Source: an uncultured cyanobacterium (lineage in GTDB: Bacteria; Cyanobacteriota; Cyanobacteriia; Cyanobacteriales; Cyanobacteriaceae). From it: a DNA stretch of 64,000 bases. The notes under the pieces are model-generated. The model did no database searches. It had not been told where the DNA came from and saw only the letters and a program-made list of their open reading frames with translations. The translations under genes were made by a program, and so were the position numbers. Shown piece after piece: positions 45,481-54,745 of the stretch (the stretch's first letter is position 1; each line of letters begins with the position of its first letter). Location of the stretch: the NCBI GenBank assembly GCA_963710605.1, contig CAVQBA010000001.1, positions 288,001 through 352,000 on the forward strand, in the 5' to 3' direction.

Positions 45481-46044
45481 TTGGAGGTAATGATGGGGCT
45501 TGAAGGCATTGAACTTCTAATGGAGGTTGAGGAGCGTTTTAACACATCTATTTCAGACTCAACAGCAGAACAAATTGAAACGATCGGTGATTTGCACAGT
45601 TTCTTGATGAAACGCATTGAACAAAGGTTTTCTGATACCTGTCCATCTACTAGGTGGTTTTACATAATTCGTAAAATGTTGGTTAATGAATTTGGTATCG
45701 AACGATCGCTGGTACGCCCATCAGCTTTTCTACAATCGTTGGTTTGTGCCGACAATCGACACAAGTTTTGGCGACAGATTAAATCCACAATTGCCCCAAA
45801 AATTCCAAATTTAAAGCGATCAAAATGGCTACAATGGTATGGTGATGTATTTCCAGAAAACTGCTCAACAGTTGGGCAACTAATCCAACATTGTGTTAAT
45901 GTTAATAGAATTACAGGTGAATTTGGCTCGGACGATTCCAATGCTGTTTATAAGATATTATGTGATTTGGTTAGCAATGTTGCTGATGTTGATTCGTCTC
46001 TACTAAAACCAGAAACCAGCTTTGTAAATGACCTTGGTTTCTGA
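45481..46044 (+). CDS. Acyl-carrier-protein-like protein (split/permuted ACP fold)
   Basis: MGLEGIELLMEVEERF...AEQIETIGDL at N-terminus; PETSFVNDLG at C-terminus. Confidence 0.7.
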   Translation: MEVMMGLEGIELLMEVEERFNTSISDSTAEQIETIGDLHSFLMKRIEQRFSDTCPSTRWFYIIRKMLVNEFGIERSLVRPSAFLQSLVCADNRHKFWRQIKSTIAPKIPNLKRSKWLQWYGDVFPENCSTVGQLIQHCVNVNRITGEFGSDDSNAVYKILCDLVSNVADVDSSLLKPETSFVNDLGF

Positions 46045-46143
46045 GCAAATACCCGTCTTCATCTGTTTTGATCTACTATCCGTTGCTATTGTCAATAATT
46101 ATAGCTCGATCGATCGAAGCCAACTATTTTAAGATTTTTAGAT

Positions 46144-46304
46144 TATAGTCATTTAAATTTAGACTGAGACATCAATAATAATCGGTAAAATTTGAGTATA
46201 AAACCCGCCTTGAATTGCCATTTAAGGCTAATACTCATCCGTTTAATAAATTAAACTAAGATTCTTAACCATAAATTGTCTCATTGTTATTTGAAACGAC
46301 TATA
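46144..46304. mobile_element. MITE, same family as 4461-4605
   Basis: TATAGTCATTTAAA..TGAGACA / TGTCTCA..TTTGAAACGACTATA; internal GTTTAATAAATTAAAC. Confidence 0.8.
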
Positions 46305-46331
46305 AGTTTAATTCTATGACTAAAAAAAAGA

Positions 46332-46787
46332 CTATAAATAATACTCGCCACAGTTTTGTAGTCTGCCTGAAAATATAATTTCTTTGGTGATTATGTTACC
46401 GTTTGGGGCAATAAACTCTTCATTGAACTTAAGACGAATTACTTGAGCTGAATCGTGACCTGTAATTCGATCGGTAAAGCGGGGAGGACCCATATCATAA
46501 CCACCACCTGGATCGATCTCACAGCAGTTAGGATGTTTAGCCACAAATTCAGCAAAATTGGCATATGTGTTTTTTTGTTTTAAAGATTGATATTTTCCGT
46601 CAATCAAAATACTCGCAGAACCTAATCTATTCCAGCGATTGAAAAGGGATTCCATTTTCTCTTGCGAACTGAGGTATCTAAATTCTCCAACACAAAATCC
46701 CGAATAATTTAGGGCAAAAAGTATGATAGTTATCGAACAACAGAAAGCCAAGATATAAATATCTTGAACAGATAATAGTTTTTTCAT
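46332..46787 (-). CDS. Hypothetical membrane-anchored protein
   Basis: N-terminal TM; NYSGFC and HPNCC. Confidence 0.7.
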   Translation of the reverse strand: MKKLLSVQDIYILAFCCSITIILFALNYSGFCVGEFRYLSSQEKMESLFNRWNRLGSASILIDGKYQSLKQKNTYANFAEFVAKHPNCCEIDPGGGYDMGPPRFTDRITGHDSAQVIRLKFNEEFIAPNGNIITKEIIFSGRLQNCGEYYL

Positions 46788-47065
46788 CGGTAAAATGTCA
46801 GAAATAGTTTCTATTTAGACAATGGGTTAAGGCACTCGTTATTTATAGATTGGTTGAAATTGAAGATCGATAATTGCCTAATCTATTTACAATTATTAAT
46901 GTTCCTCTTGTTATTATATTAATCATACATTTATTTTTTTTAATGTAATTTGAATAGTATTATATCAGGTTTTGAAATTTTTTTTAAATAAAAAAACTTG
47001 ATATTTGTAAATATACGATCGAATATAATTATTACTAGTAATAATATGAGTAGTCGAGATGAGCA

Positions 47066-47407
47066 ATGAAACAGAAAAATAATTTTATCAGTTTGTGTTT
47101 AAGTTTCGCACTTCGTCACATTGATTCGCTATTTTCAAAGAAAGCATATGTACCTGGTCAGATTTGTGACAAAGGTAACAAACCAGAATTTAGAGATTGT
47201 TTGAAACAAAATATTCCGCTGGGTTCAAGTTATGAAGAATTAAAATCGTTTTTATCCAAACATGGCTTTTCTATCGATCGCAGTGAACTAGACAAAAATA
47301 ATTCTTTTCATTTTTTTTGGTCTGCTAATAGTTTATCTAATTATACAATCACTATTATCGGTGTTTGTGATAGCGAACTTAAAGTTATTGAAATGAGAGT
47401 TATTTAG
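47066..47407 (+). CDS. Hypothetical protein
   Basis: 113-aa ORF. Confidence 0.6.
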   Translation: MKQKNNFISLCLSFALRHIDSLFSKKAYVPGQICDKGNKPEFRDCLKQNIPLGSSYEELKSFLSKHGFSIDRSELDKNNSFHFFWSANSLSNYTITIIGVCDSELKVIEMRVI

Positions 47408-47411
47408 TTAA

Positions 47412-47490
47412 TAATAATTAATGGCGAATTATTTTTCAGTGGGATAATGGTGATGTGAGCCAAGTAGAAATTATTGACTATCACGATTAA
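47412..47490 (+). pseudogene. higB: 3' remnant of a HigB (RelE-family) toxin
   Basis: Reads NN*WRIIFQWDNGDVSQVEIIDYHD* directly upstream of higA. Confidence 0.75.
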
Positions 47491-47502
47491 CTCTTACAGA
47501 TT

Positions 47503-47784
47503 ATGTTACCAACCGATCGTATTCCGACTCATCCAGGTGTAATTTTGTTAGAAGAATTTCTTCAACCAATGAATATTACCCAAGTAGCTTTAGCTAATCA
47601 TTTGAAAATACCAGTACAACGTATTAATGAAATCATTAGAGGAAAACGGGGGATAACTCCCGAAACAGCATGGTTATTATCTCAAGCATTTAATACTACG
47701 CCTCAATTCTGGATGAATCTACAAACTAATCATGATTTAGCTTTGAATAAACCTGAAGATGTCAAACAAGTCATTACTGCTTAA
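47503..47784 (+). CDS. higA: HigA family antitoxin
   Basis: PTHPGVILLEEFL, RINEIIRGKRGITPETA and FWMNLQ. Confidence 0.93.
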   Translation: MLPTDRIPTHPGVILLEEFLQPMNITQVALANHLKIPVQRINEIIRGKRGITPETAWLLSQAFNTTPQFWMNLQTNHDLALNKPEDVKQVITA

Positions 47785-47912
47785 ATTCGATGAGTTACGG
47801 CACTCGTTATCGATTGATTTGTTGAAATACATAATGGATAGTTGTCCAACCCATCCGACAACTTAACTTTAATATTGCGATCGTTGTCAATAATTTTAGC
47901 TCGATCGATTCA

Positions 47913-48311
47913 TTATCCATGAAAAAGTTCAAAAGCATAATTATTTAATTTTTGTGCTTCCTCTGGTGTTATTTCACGTTGGTGATTAAGAATGTCGAAA
48001 ATATTTAATTCAGTTTTAAATATATCTAATAAATCAGTAGTTTTTACGTTTTGATTATTAATCAAATCATCTAAAATATCTATTGGTTTAAGTTGAGGAA
48101 ATACTTCGTTTTTTTCTTCGTAATCATAAACTAGCATTCCTAATATTTTTAAATAATCTCGATCGTCTTGATTTATATTTACTCGATCGAGAATAGTATT
48201 AATTCTATTTTGAGTTGCTATTAAATGCTCGTGATTAACGATCGGACAAGGAGGAAACTCATCGATCGATTGTAGATAATAATCATTATTTATCGGAGTT
48301 AAACCAATCAT
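47913..48311 (-). CDS. HigA-like transcriptional regulator/antitoxin (orphan)
   Basis: FPPCPI, DYLKILGMLVYDYE and a degenerate C-terminal HTH. Confidence 0.7.
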   Translation of the reverse strand: MIGLTPINNDYYLQSIDEFPPCPIVNHEHLIATQNRINTILDRVNINQDDRDYLKILGMLVYDYEEKNEVFPQLKPIDILDDLINNQNVKTTDLLDIFKTELNIFDILNHQREITPEEAQKLNNYAFELFHG

Positions 48312-48480
48312 TTTTGTATCTCTATAATCAACTATTACTAACTATATTATCTGTCTATAACTCGATCGTACTCAATCTGTAATTATCAAAAAGCGTTAAG
48401 AGACGATCGTATTTTAAAAAATCGCTTATATTTTTAATGCTAGAATTAAGAACAAATAAATTTTCCAGAGTAAATTACAG

Positions 48481-48687
48481 ATGAGAAAAATAATTATTTA
48501 TCCAGGGGAGGATGGTTATTGGGTTGCTCAATGTCCTAGTTTGCCCCCTTGTATTAGTCAAGGTGAAACAAAACAAGAAGCGATCGCCAATATTCAAGAA
48601 GCAATAGAATTGTATCTTGAGCTTCTTAAAGAAGAAAACCGTGCTATTCCTGAAGATAAAGTCGAAACAGTTACCCTCGCTATATGA
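48481..48687 (+). CDS. hicB: HicB antitoxin
   Basis: WVAQCPSLPPCISQGETKQEAIANIQEAI. Confidence 0.92.
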   Translation: MRKIIIYPGEDGYWVAQCPSLPPCISQGETKQEAIANIQEAIELYLELLKEENRAIPEDKVETVTLAI

Positions 48688-48914
48688 GTAAATTACCTCA
48701 AATTTCAGGTAAAGAGTGTATCAAAACTTTGAGAAAAATTGGATTTTATATCAAGCGTCAAAAAGGTAGTCATATTATTCTGTGTCGAAATGAACCTTTT
48801 ACCGAAGTAGTAGTTCCAAATCACAAAAACCTCGACAAAGGAACTTTGAGAGCTATTATTCGACAAGTAAACTTAGATGTGGACGAATTCATTGGGTTAC
48901 TGAAAAATAAATAA
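48684..48914 (+). CDS. hicA: HicA toxin
   Basis: GF..KRQKGSH and VVVPNHKNLDKGTL. Confidence 0.92.
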   Translation: MSKLPQISGKECIKTLRKIGFYIKRQKGSHIILCRNEPFTEVVVPNHKNLDKGTLRAIIRQVNLDVDEFIGLLKNK

Positions 48915-49058
48915 TTATAATGACGATCGTATTTTTAACAATCACTATTAATTCTCCTTTTATAAAAATACTAAAAGCGATTACCATAAGTTTTCTCGAT
49001 TAAAACTCCCCTCTCCTCGCAGGAGAGGGGTTGGGGGTGAGGTTAAATCACTTATTCT

Positions 49059-49406
49059 CTATTCATCCTCTTCTTTTGCTTGTTGAAAAATCTTAGCCGC
49101 AAACTCAGGATTTTCCTTCATCCGCCGAAACAATAAAGGCATATCTTCATAATGTTGTTTCATCAAATCCTCATCCCTAGAAGGTATTCTCCCTGCCAAA
49201 AAAACTAACTTATCATCCTCTAAAGCTAAGTGTTTAGCCAACTTACGAATCAATTCTTCTTTTGGTGCATATTTCGCATTCTCATTTTCTAACTTAGATA
49301 GATAAGTAAAATCTACCCCCAACTTCTCAGCTAGTTGTCTTTGACTATAACCTTTCTCTTTTCTCGCTTGTCTAATCAAACTGCCAAAATTCGTTTCTGT
49401 ATCCAT
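49059..49406 (-). CDS. XRE-family HTH regulator
   Basis: YSQRQLAEKLGVDFTYLSKLEN. Confidence 0.93.
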   Translation of the reverse strand: MDTETNFGSLIRQARKEKGYSQRQLAEKLGVDFTYLSKLENENAKYAPKEELIRKLAKHLALEDDKLVFLAGRIPSRDEDLMKQHYEDMPLLFRRMKENPEFAAKIFQQAKEEDE

Positions 49407-49443
49407 TATTTTTTTAATTAAATTGAAAAATTGGTAAAATCTA

Positions 49444-49500
49444 TTGACGAAAAAGTCAACTTTAGTTACTATAATGATAACACGTTGAATAAAAAATCAA
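49444..49500 (+). promoter_or_regulatory. Putative promoter with two TTGA-N8-TCAA operators
   Basis: TTGACG-17-TACTAT; inverted repeats at 49444-49459 and 49485-49500. Confidence 0.6.
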
Positions 49501-49510
49501 GCTAAGAGAA

Positions 49511-50500
49511 ATGGCAGAACAAAATTATCGTAGTAAAGAACAAATAATGTCTGCTTTACAGCAGTTGTTAAAACAAAAGCAAGTAGATGAAAGTGAGATT
49601 GAAACAAAAGAGCAAATTGCTGAAAAAGAAAAGAATCAAGGGTTGTTAAGTAAGGTTGCTGATTATACAGTCGATAATATTGTCAATCGGATGGCGAAAG
49701 TACAATTAGATTTTAGTAGTCTAACTCAAGAGATAGCCAAAAGATTAGAAACCGAATCTGAAGTTGTTACCGAACTAAAAAAAGCAATTCAAGTCGAGCA
49801 AGACAAACTAGTTGAATTACGACAAGTAAGATTAGTAGCTGATGCTCTGTATATTTTACGTCAAGAACATGAGGAGAAGACTAGATTTTTAGAAAATCAA
49901 ATTGAGCAAGAAAAAAGTCAAATACTTGAGCAACAAGAAAACAACCGTAAAATGTGGGCAAGAGAAGAAGCCGAATTCGCTACTTTAATTGAAGAATCGC
50001 AAGAGTTATTAAGACGACAAAGAGAGCAACAAGAAAGCGATTATAGCTATCAAGTTGAGGTAGAGAGAAAACGAGAAACCGATGAGTATGAAGAAACAAA
50101 GAGAATACAAGAAAGAGAATTAAGACTTGCTAATCAGGAGAAAAATAAACGGTGGGAAGAAAGAGAAGCAATTTTAGCCGAGCAAGAAGAAGAATTTGAA
50201 GCTAATCAAGAAAAAATAGCTAGTTTTGAAGAAACGATAACCACCGAAGTTAATAAAGCACGTGGTGAAGCGATTAAGGAAGCGACAAAAGATGCTCAAG
50301 TTAGAGGTGAATTAATTGAAAAAGAATGGGAAGGCACAAAACAAGGTTTTGAGTTTACGATTACTTCTCTTGAAAACACAATTTCTCGACAAAACGAAGA
50401 AATAGAAGCAATTATGAAGCAACTAGAAAATGCTACTACTCAAGCTCAGAATTTAGCTTTACGAGCTTTTCAACCGGGTAACAGCGGTAACAATAGTTAA
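49511..50500 (+). CDS. Long coiled-coil protein
   Basis: E/Q/K-rich heptads; WAREEAEF, WEERE and AQNLALRAF; paralog of next gene. Confidence 0.85.
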   Translation: MAEQNYRSKEQIMSALQQLLKQKQVDESEIETKEQIAEKEKNQGLLSKVADYTVDNIVNRMAKVQLDFSSLTQEIAKRLETESEVVTELKKAIQVEQDKLVELRQVRLVADALYILRQEHEEKTRFLENQIEQEKSQILEQQENNRKMWAREEAEFATLIEESQELLRRQREQQESDYSYQVEVERKRETDEYEETKRIQERELRLANQEKNKRWEEREAILAEQEEEFEANQEKIASFEETITTEVNKARGEAIKEATKDAQVRGELIEKEWEGTKQGFEFTITSLENTISRQNEEIEAIMKQLENATTQAQNLALRAFQPGNSGNNS

Positions 50501-50615
50501 CTGTAATCAATAATTATCAACTAAATATGTTGTTAATACTCAATCAAAAGTTATCAATCAGTAACTCTTAACTCTTAACTCTTAACTCTTAACTATCAAC
50601 TATTAACTATTAGTC

Positions 50616-51710
50616 ATGGCAATTAATTCTAAAAGTACCAAAGCACAAATCTTAGAGGCTTATAAACAGCTAGAAAAAGAAAAAGCACAAATACAAATAC
50701 AACTGAGCAAATCATCAACTAATACCGAAAGAAGAAGTGTTTCGAGTAATCAATCCCCTGTTAACCCTGTAGCTAATAATACCCCTAATCGATTGATGAA
50801 TCCTATTGCTAATCTTACTGATATTAATCAAGTTATCCAAAGTCTCGAAGGTTTACAAGTTGGTTTTGGTAGTGCGGTTAGTCAACTTTCCGAAAAATTA
50901 ATCACCGAAGCAACCAGTTTTACTAACTTACAAACAGAAATAGAAATAGAAACCACTCAACTAGAAGAATTACATGATTTAGAAACGATCGAACACGAGA
51001 CTTTATTGGATTTATTAACTACCTATCAAGAAAGCGAAAAAAACTTTAGTCAAGAATATAATCAGCAAAAAGAAATTAGACATCAAGAGTTAGATGATTT
51101 ATCGAGACAATGGTTAAAAGAACAAGAAAATCATCAACGAGAAATTAAACTTCGTAATGATAATTATGCGAAGACAAAACAAAGACAAGAAGAACAATAT
51201 CGTTATGATTTGGAGTTAGAAAGAGAAATTAATTATGATAATTATCAACAAGAATTAAAACTACTTTATCAACAGTTAGAAGATGCACAAGAAGATCGAG
51301 AAAAAGTATGGGAGCAAAGAGAAAAAGCGATCGATGATCAAGAAACCGAATACGCTAAAGCTAAACAACAAGTTACTGAATTTGAAGCTAAGTTAAAAGC
51401 AGAGGTGAAAAAAGCGGAAGATTCAGGCAAAGGAATTGGTACTTATCAAGGTAAGGTAAAAGCAGATTTAAGAAGTAAAGAAATTCAAGGTGAAAACCAA
51501 AATTATGCTTTAAGAATTCAGGCTTTAGAGTCAACTATTAACAATAATCAAACTAGAATTAATCAGTTATCCAAACAACTAAATTCGAGCCTACAACAAG
51601 TTCAAGATTTAGCCGTAAAAGCGATTGAAGGTTCGTCTAGTCGTAACTCTTTTGAAGCGATGAAAGAGGTAGCTTTAGAACAAGCTAAAAACCAACCAAA
51701 AGGAAAGTAA
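50616..51710 (+). CDS. Long coiled-coil protein
   Basis: STKAQILEAY, WEQRE and VQDLAVKAIEG. Confidence 0.85.
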   Translation: MAINSKSTKAQILEAYKQLEKEKAQIQIQLSKSSTNTERRSVSSNQSPVNPVANNTPNRLMNPIANLTDINQVIQSLEGLQVGFGSAVSQLSEKLITEATSFTNLQTEIEIETTQLEELHDLETIEHETLLDLLTTYQESEKNFSQEYNQQKEIRHQELDDLSRQWLKEQENHQREIKLRNDNYAKTKQRQEEQYRYDLELEREINYDNYQQELKLLYQQLEDAQEDREKVWEQREKAIDDQETEYAKAKQQVTEFEAKLKAEVKKAEDSGKGIGTYQGKVKADLRSKEIQGENQNYALRIQALESTINNNQTRINQLSKQLNSSLQQVQDLAVKAIEGSSSRNSFEAMKEVALEQAKNQPKGK

Positions 51711-51997
51711 AAATTGATAATATTGAGAATTAGATAATGATATTTCAAAGTATAAAACCCACCTCGAATTAAAATTAAAGGCTAATAGAAATCGTTTAAT
51801 AAATTAAACTTTACCAGAAATAAAATAGTTCATTTTAATGAACGTAATCTATTAGCCTTCGCAATTCATACTCAAGGCGAAATACAGTAAAAACGTTATT
51901 TTTCAAATTGATGTTAATGATTAACTGTTTGCTTTTAGACAAAATTATATTACTTAATCTCTGATTTTATTGGAAAGCTAGACAGGTTAAAAACTGA

Positions 51998-54526
51998 ATG
52001 CTTGAAATTCATCCCCATAATCTAATGAAAAAAGATTGGCAAAGAGAAGTCGAGAAAGCATTGCTAAATGAAGAATTAGACCAAAACGATCGTTTGATAA
52101 CCGAATTAATCGGTTTTATGCCCATTCCTGAAAGATTTATTAGTAAGTGGATACCGACTGAAAAGTTAATTGAGGGCGTAAAAAATCCTTATCTGTTGCA
52201 AACCGATAAAGTTAAATTACTAGAAAGATTAGCTCGATCGGCTGAAGCCGGCGCTGCGCGATCGGCTATGATGGGAGACAAATTATTTGTCGGTTTATAT
52301 CCGCAAACACCTGTATATCTTCTAGAGTCGTTAGCAGGAGATACACAATTAGCTGTCAGGATTGCGATTAAAATTAATGATAATATACCTCTTGAATTAA
52401 GCAAAACGATCGAACATCAATACAATATAGCTGTAAATTGGGAAACACCAGTAGAAGTTTTAACCAATTTAGCAGAAAGTAAATGGGCATGGATAAGACA
52501 AACAGTTGCTCAAAATTTTAATACCTCAGCAGAAACTTTAAGCAAATTAGCACAAGACAATATTTATTCAATACGTTTAGCCGTTGCCCAAAATGATAAT
52601 ACTTCAACACAAATATTGGATTTGTTATTGAATGAAAACGATGGGCAAATAGAAAAGGCTATTGTATCTCATCCTCATACTTCCGATGATGCTTTATTTA
52701 AAGCACTTCCTAATTATCATTATGAGATAAGTAAAAGAATAAATTTAAGTAGCAGAATTTTAGAAGGATTATATCATTATAATTATGATGGTTACGAAAA
52801 CGATCGATACACTAGTAAATTAATTAGTCATCCTAATACACCTGATTTTATTTTGTCTCAAATAGCCGATGAAATACCTCAAGATAAAATCAAAAAAGAT
52901 TTAATCAATTCTCCTTCTACTGATACATTCAAAACAAAAAATGATGATGATGATTTTTACCAATTTGTAATTAGTCAATGTCAAGATATTTATAATCTAC
53001 TAGCTCAAGATTCAGAAATGTATCTTGAAGTTTTAGATAAAATCAAACAGACAATTTTGCACTATAAATTACTTAGCTTAGGAAAAAAGTCGCAATACTC
53101 TGGTTTAAGTTTTGATTACATTTTTCTTTTGATAATAACTCCATCAGAAACTTTAGTCTCGCTAACAAATAAGTTGGCTAATGAAGGATATTGGCAAAGA
53201 AATAACGATATATATAATTCCCGTTTATCACAATATGAAGAGTTATGTAACAACTTAAATAAAATCTTTATAGCTAAATATTATAATCAAGTTACTTTTA
53301 ACAAAAAAAATAATTTTATTTCTTATTCAAAAGTTTTCAGTAACAATCTATTTAAAAACTATGTTTCTTTTTCACCTAATTTCGATCGATATGAAACAAT
53401 AAAGTTATTAGATAAATATATTCGATCGGATATACCATTTGTTCGTTTAATGTGTTTGTTACATCCATTATTACCTAAAAAATATTTAACTGGAAATTAT
53501 CCTTATAAAAGTTGGTTACAAAATTATTATCATCAAACTAACTCTTCAAAAATGATAGAGAGTAAATTAGGTTTAAGCAAAAATAATCAAACGATCGAAA
53601 AAGAAAAACTATCAGCTACTTTAAATATTTTAATTGAACCCTTACAAAATGAATATCCAGATTGTGACGATACTTTTCATGGCTACAATCTTTTTGATTG
53701 GGATAGTGCCAAACAAGCAAAATTTACAGTTAGCAAACTAATAAAACAAATATTTGCTACCAAAATTATTAATCCAGAAGAAACAATTAAATTATGGCAA
53801 AAAAAAGAGTTAGAAATAGACTCTATTGACAAAAAAACGAAAGTATTTAGAAATCAACAATATCAAAACATTCTGCAATTATTACAACAAAATTGTCAAT
53901 TTTTGACTACTCACAGAATTACATATAATAGTTCTTCTCGCTATATTTATGATTATGATGAAGATAATTATTTTGATTTTGATATTATTGTCGGAAAAGT
54001 AAAAGATAATTGTTGGGTAAGTATTATCGCTTCATATTTTGTGCGACATCAATTTTGTGACTGGATTATTGATAAACCATTAAAATATAATAAATTTAAG
54101 AAAACAATCTCTCAACGAAATAATGTTGTACCATCCGATATTCAAACAATACAATTACAATTAAAAATAAATAATATTTTACAAAATTTACCTAGTTTGA
54201 AATTGATTTTTGGTGATTTTGACTATTCTTATTTTTATAATTACAAAATATTTTCCTCTTTTGCTACTACAAAAGAATTAGCGATCGAACAATCTCTTAT
54301 TCATGCCAAAATATTAAGAATCAGACAATTTGAATCTTTTAAAGATGTAGAATCACATCCATATTATTTAGATAAAATAGGCGAATTTATGTCAGAAAAA
54401 TTAACTGATATTAAAGTATATAATTTTGCTTTTCTTGATGATGCTCGTACTTATATTATTGGTAAAACTCCTCAAAAAGATTCTCTAGGAATTTATATAG
54501 ATAGAGGTTTTGAATATAATCCTTAA
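51998..54526 (+). CDS. LRV/HEAT-like repeat protein with NuiA-like C-terminal region
   Basis: IRxxVAxNxNT repeats; C-terminal LTDIKVY...YIIGKT...LGI. Confidence 0.6.
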   Translation: MLEIHPHNLMKKDWQREVEKALLNEELDQNDRLITELIGFMPIPERFISKWIPTEKLIEGVKNPYLLQTDKVKLLERLARSAEAGAARSAMMGDKLFVGLYPQTPVYLLESLAGDTQLAVRIAIKINDNIPLELSKTIEHQYNIAVNWETPVEVLTNLAESKWAWIRQTVAQNFNTSAETLSKLAQDNIYSIRLAVAQNDNTSTQILDLLLNENDGQIEKAIVSHPHTSDDALFKALPNYHYEISKRINLSSRILEGLYHYNYDGYENDRYTSKLISHPNTPDFILSQIADEIPQDKIKKDLINSPSTDTFKTKNDDDDFYQFVISQCQDIYNLLAQDSEMYLEVLDKIKQTILHYKLLSLGKKSQYSGLSFDYIFLLIITPSETLVSLTNKLANEGYWQRNNDIYNSRLSQYEELCNNLNKIFIAKYYNQVTFNKKNNFISYSKVFSNNLFKNYVSFSPNFDRYETIKLLDKYIRSDIPFVRLMCLLHPLLPKKYLTGNYPYKSWLQNYYHQTNSSKMIESKLGLSKNNQTIEKEKLSATLNILIEPLQNEYPDCDDTFHGYNLFDWDSAKQAKFTVSKLIKQIFATKIINPEETIKLWQKKELEIDSIDKKTKVFRNQQYQNILQLLQQNCQFLTTHRITYNSSSRYIYDYDEDNYFDFDIIVGKVKDNCWVSIIASYFVRHQFCDWIIDKPLKYNKFKKTISQRNNVVPSDIQTIQLQLKINNILQNLPSLKLIFGDFDYSYFYNYKIFSSFATTKELAIEQSLIHAKILRIRQFESFKDVESHPYYLDKIGEFMSEKLTDIKVYNFAFLDDARTYIIGKTPQKDSLGIYIDRGFEYNP
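52235..52264 (+). repeat. GC-rich 24-bp in-frame insertion at a CGATCG site
   Basis: CGATCGGCTGAAGCCGGCGCTGCGCGATCG, encoding RSAEAGAARS. Confidence 0.85.
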
Positions 54527-54585
54527 TCTCACTCTACAAATATAATCAAGGGTTTATACCATAAACCCCTACAGTTTTGAATAAA

Positions 54586-54701
54586 TATAGCTAAATGAAT
54601 TTATAATTACACTTTTTGTGTTGATGAAAGTCTCCTCTTTGAAGGGGAGAAACACGAGGGGTTGGCGAGAGTATAAGTAATCACAAATTCATTCGGCTAT
54701 A
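54586..54701. mobile_element. MITE-like element enclosing a hairpin repeat
   Basis: TIRs TATAGCTAAATGAATT / AATTCATTCGGCTATA. Confidence 0.6.
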
Positions 54702-54745
54702 TAACTACAAATAAATATTTGAGCCAACTTAATACTAATCATTAA

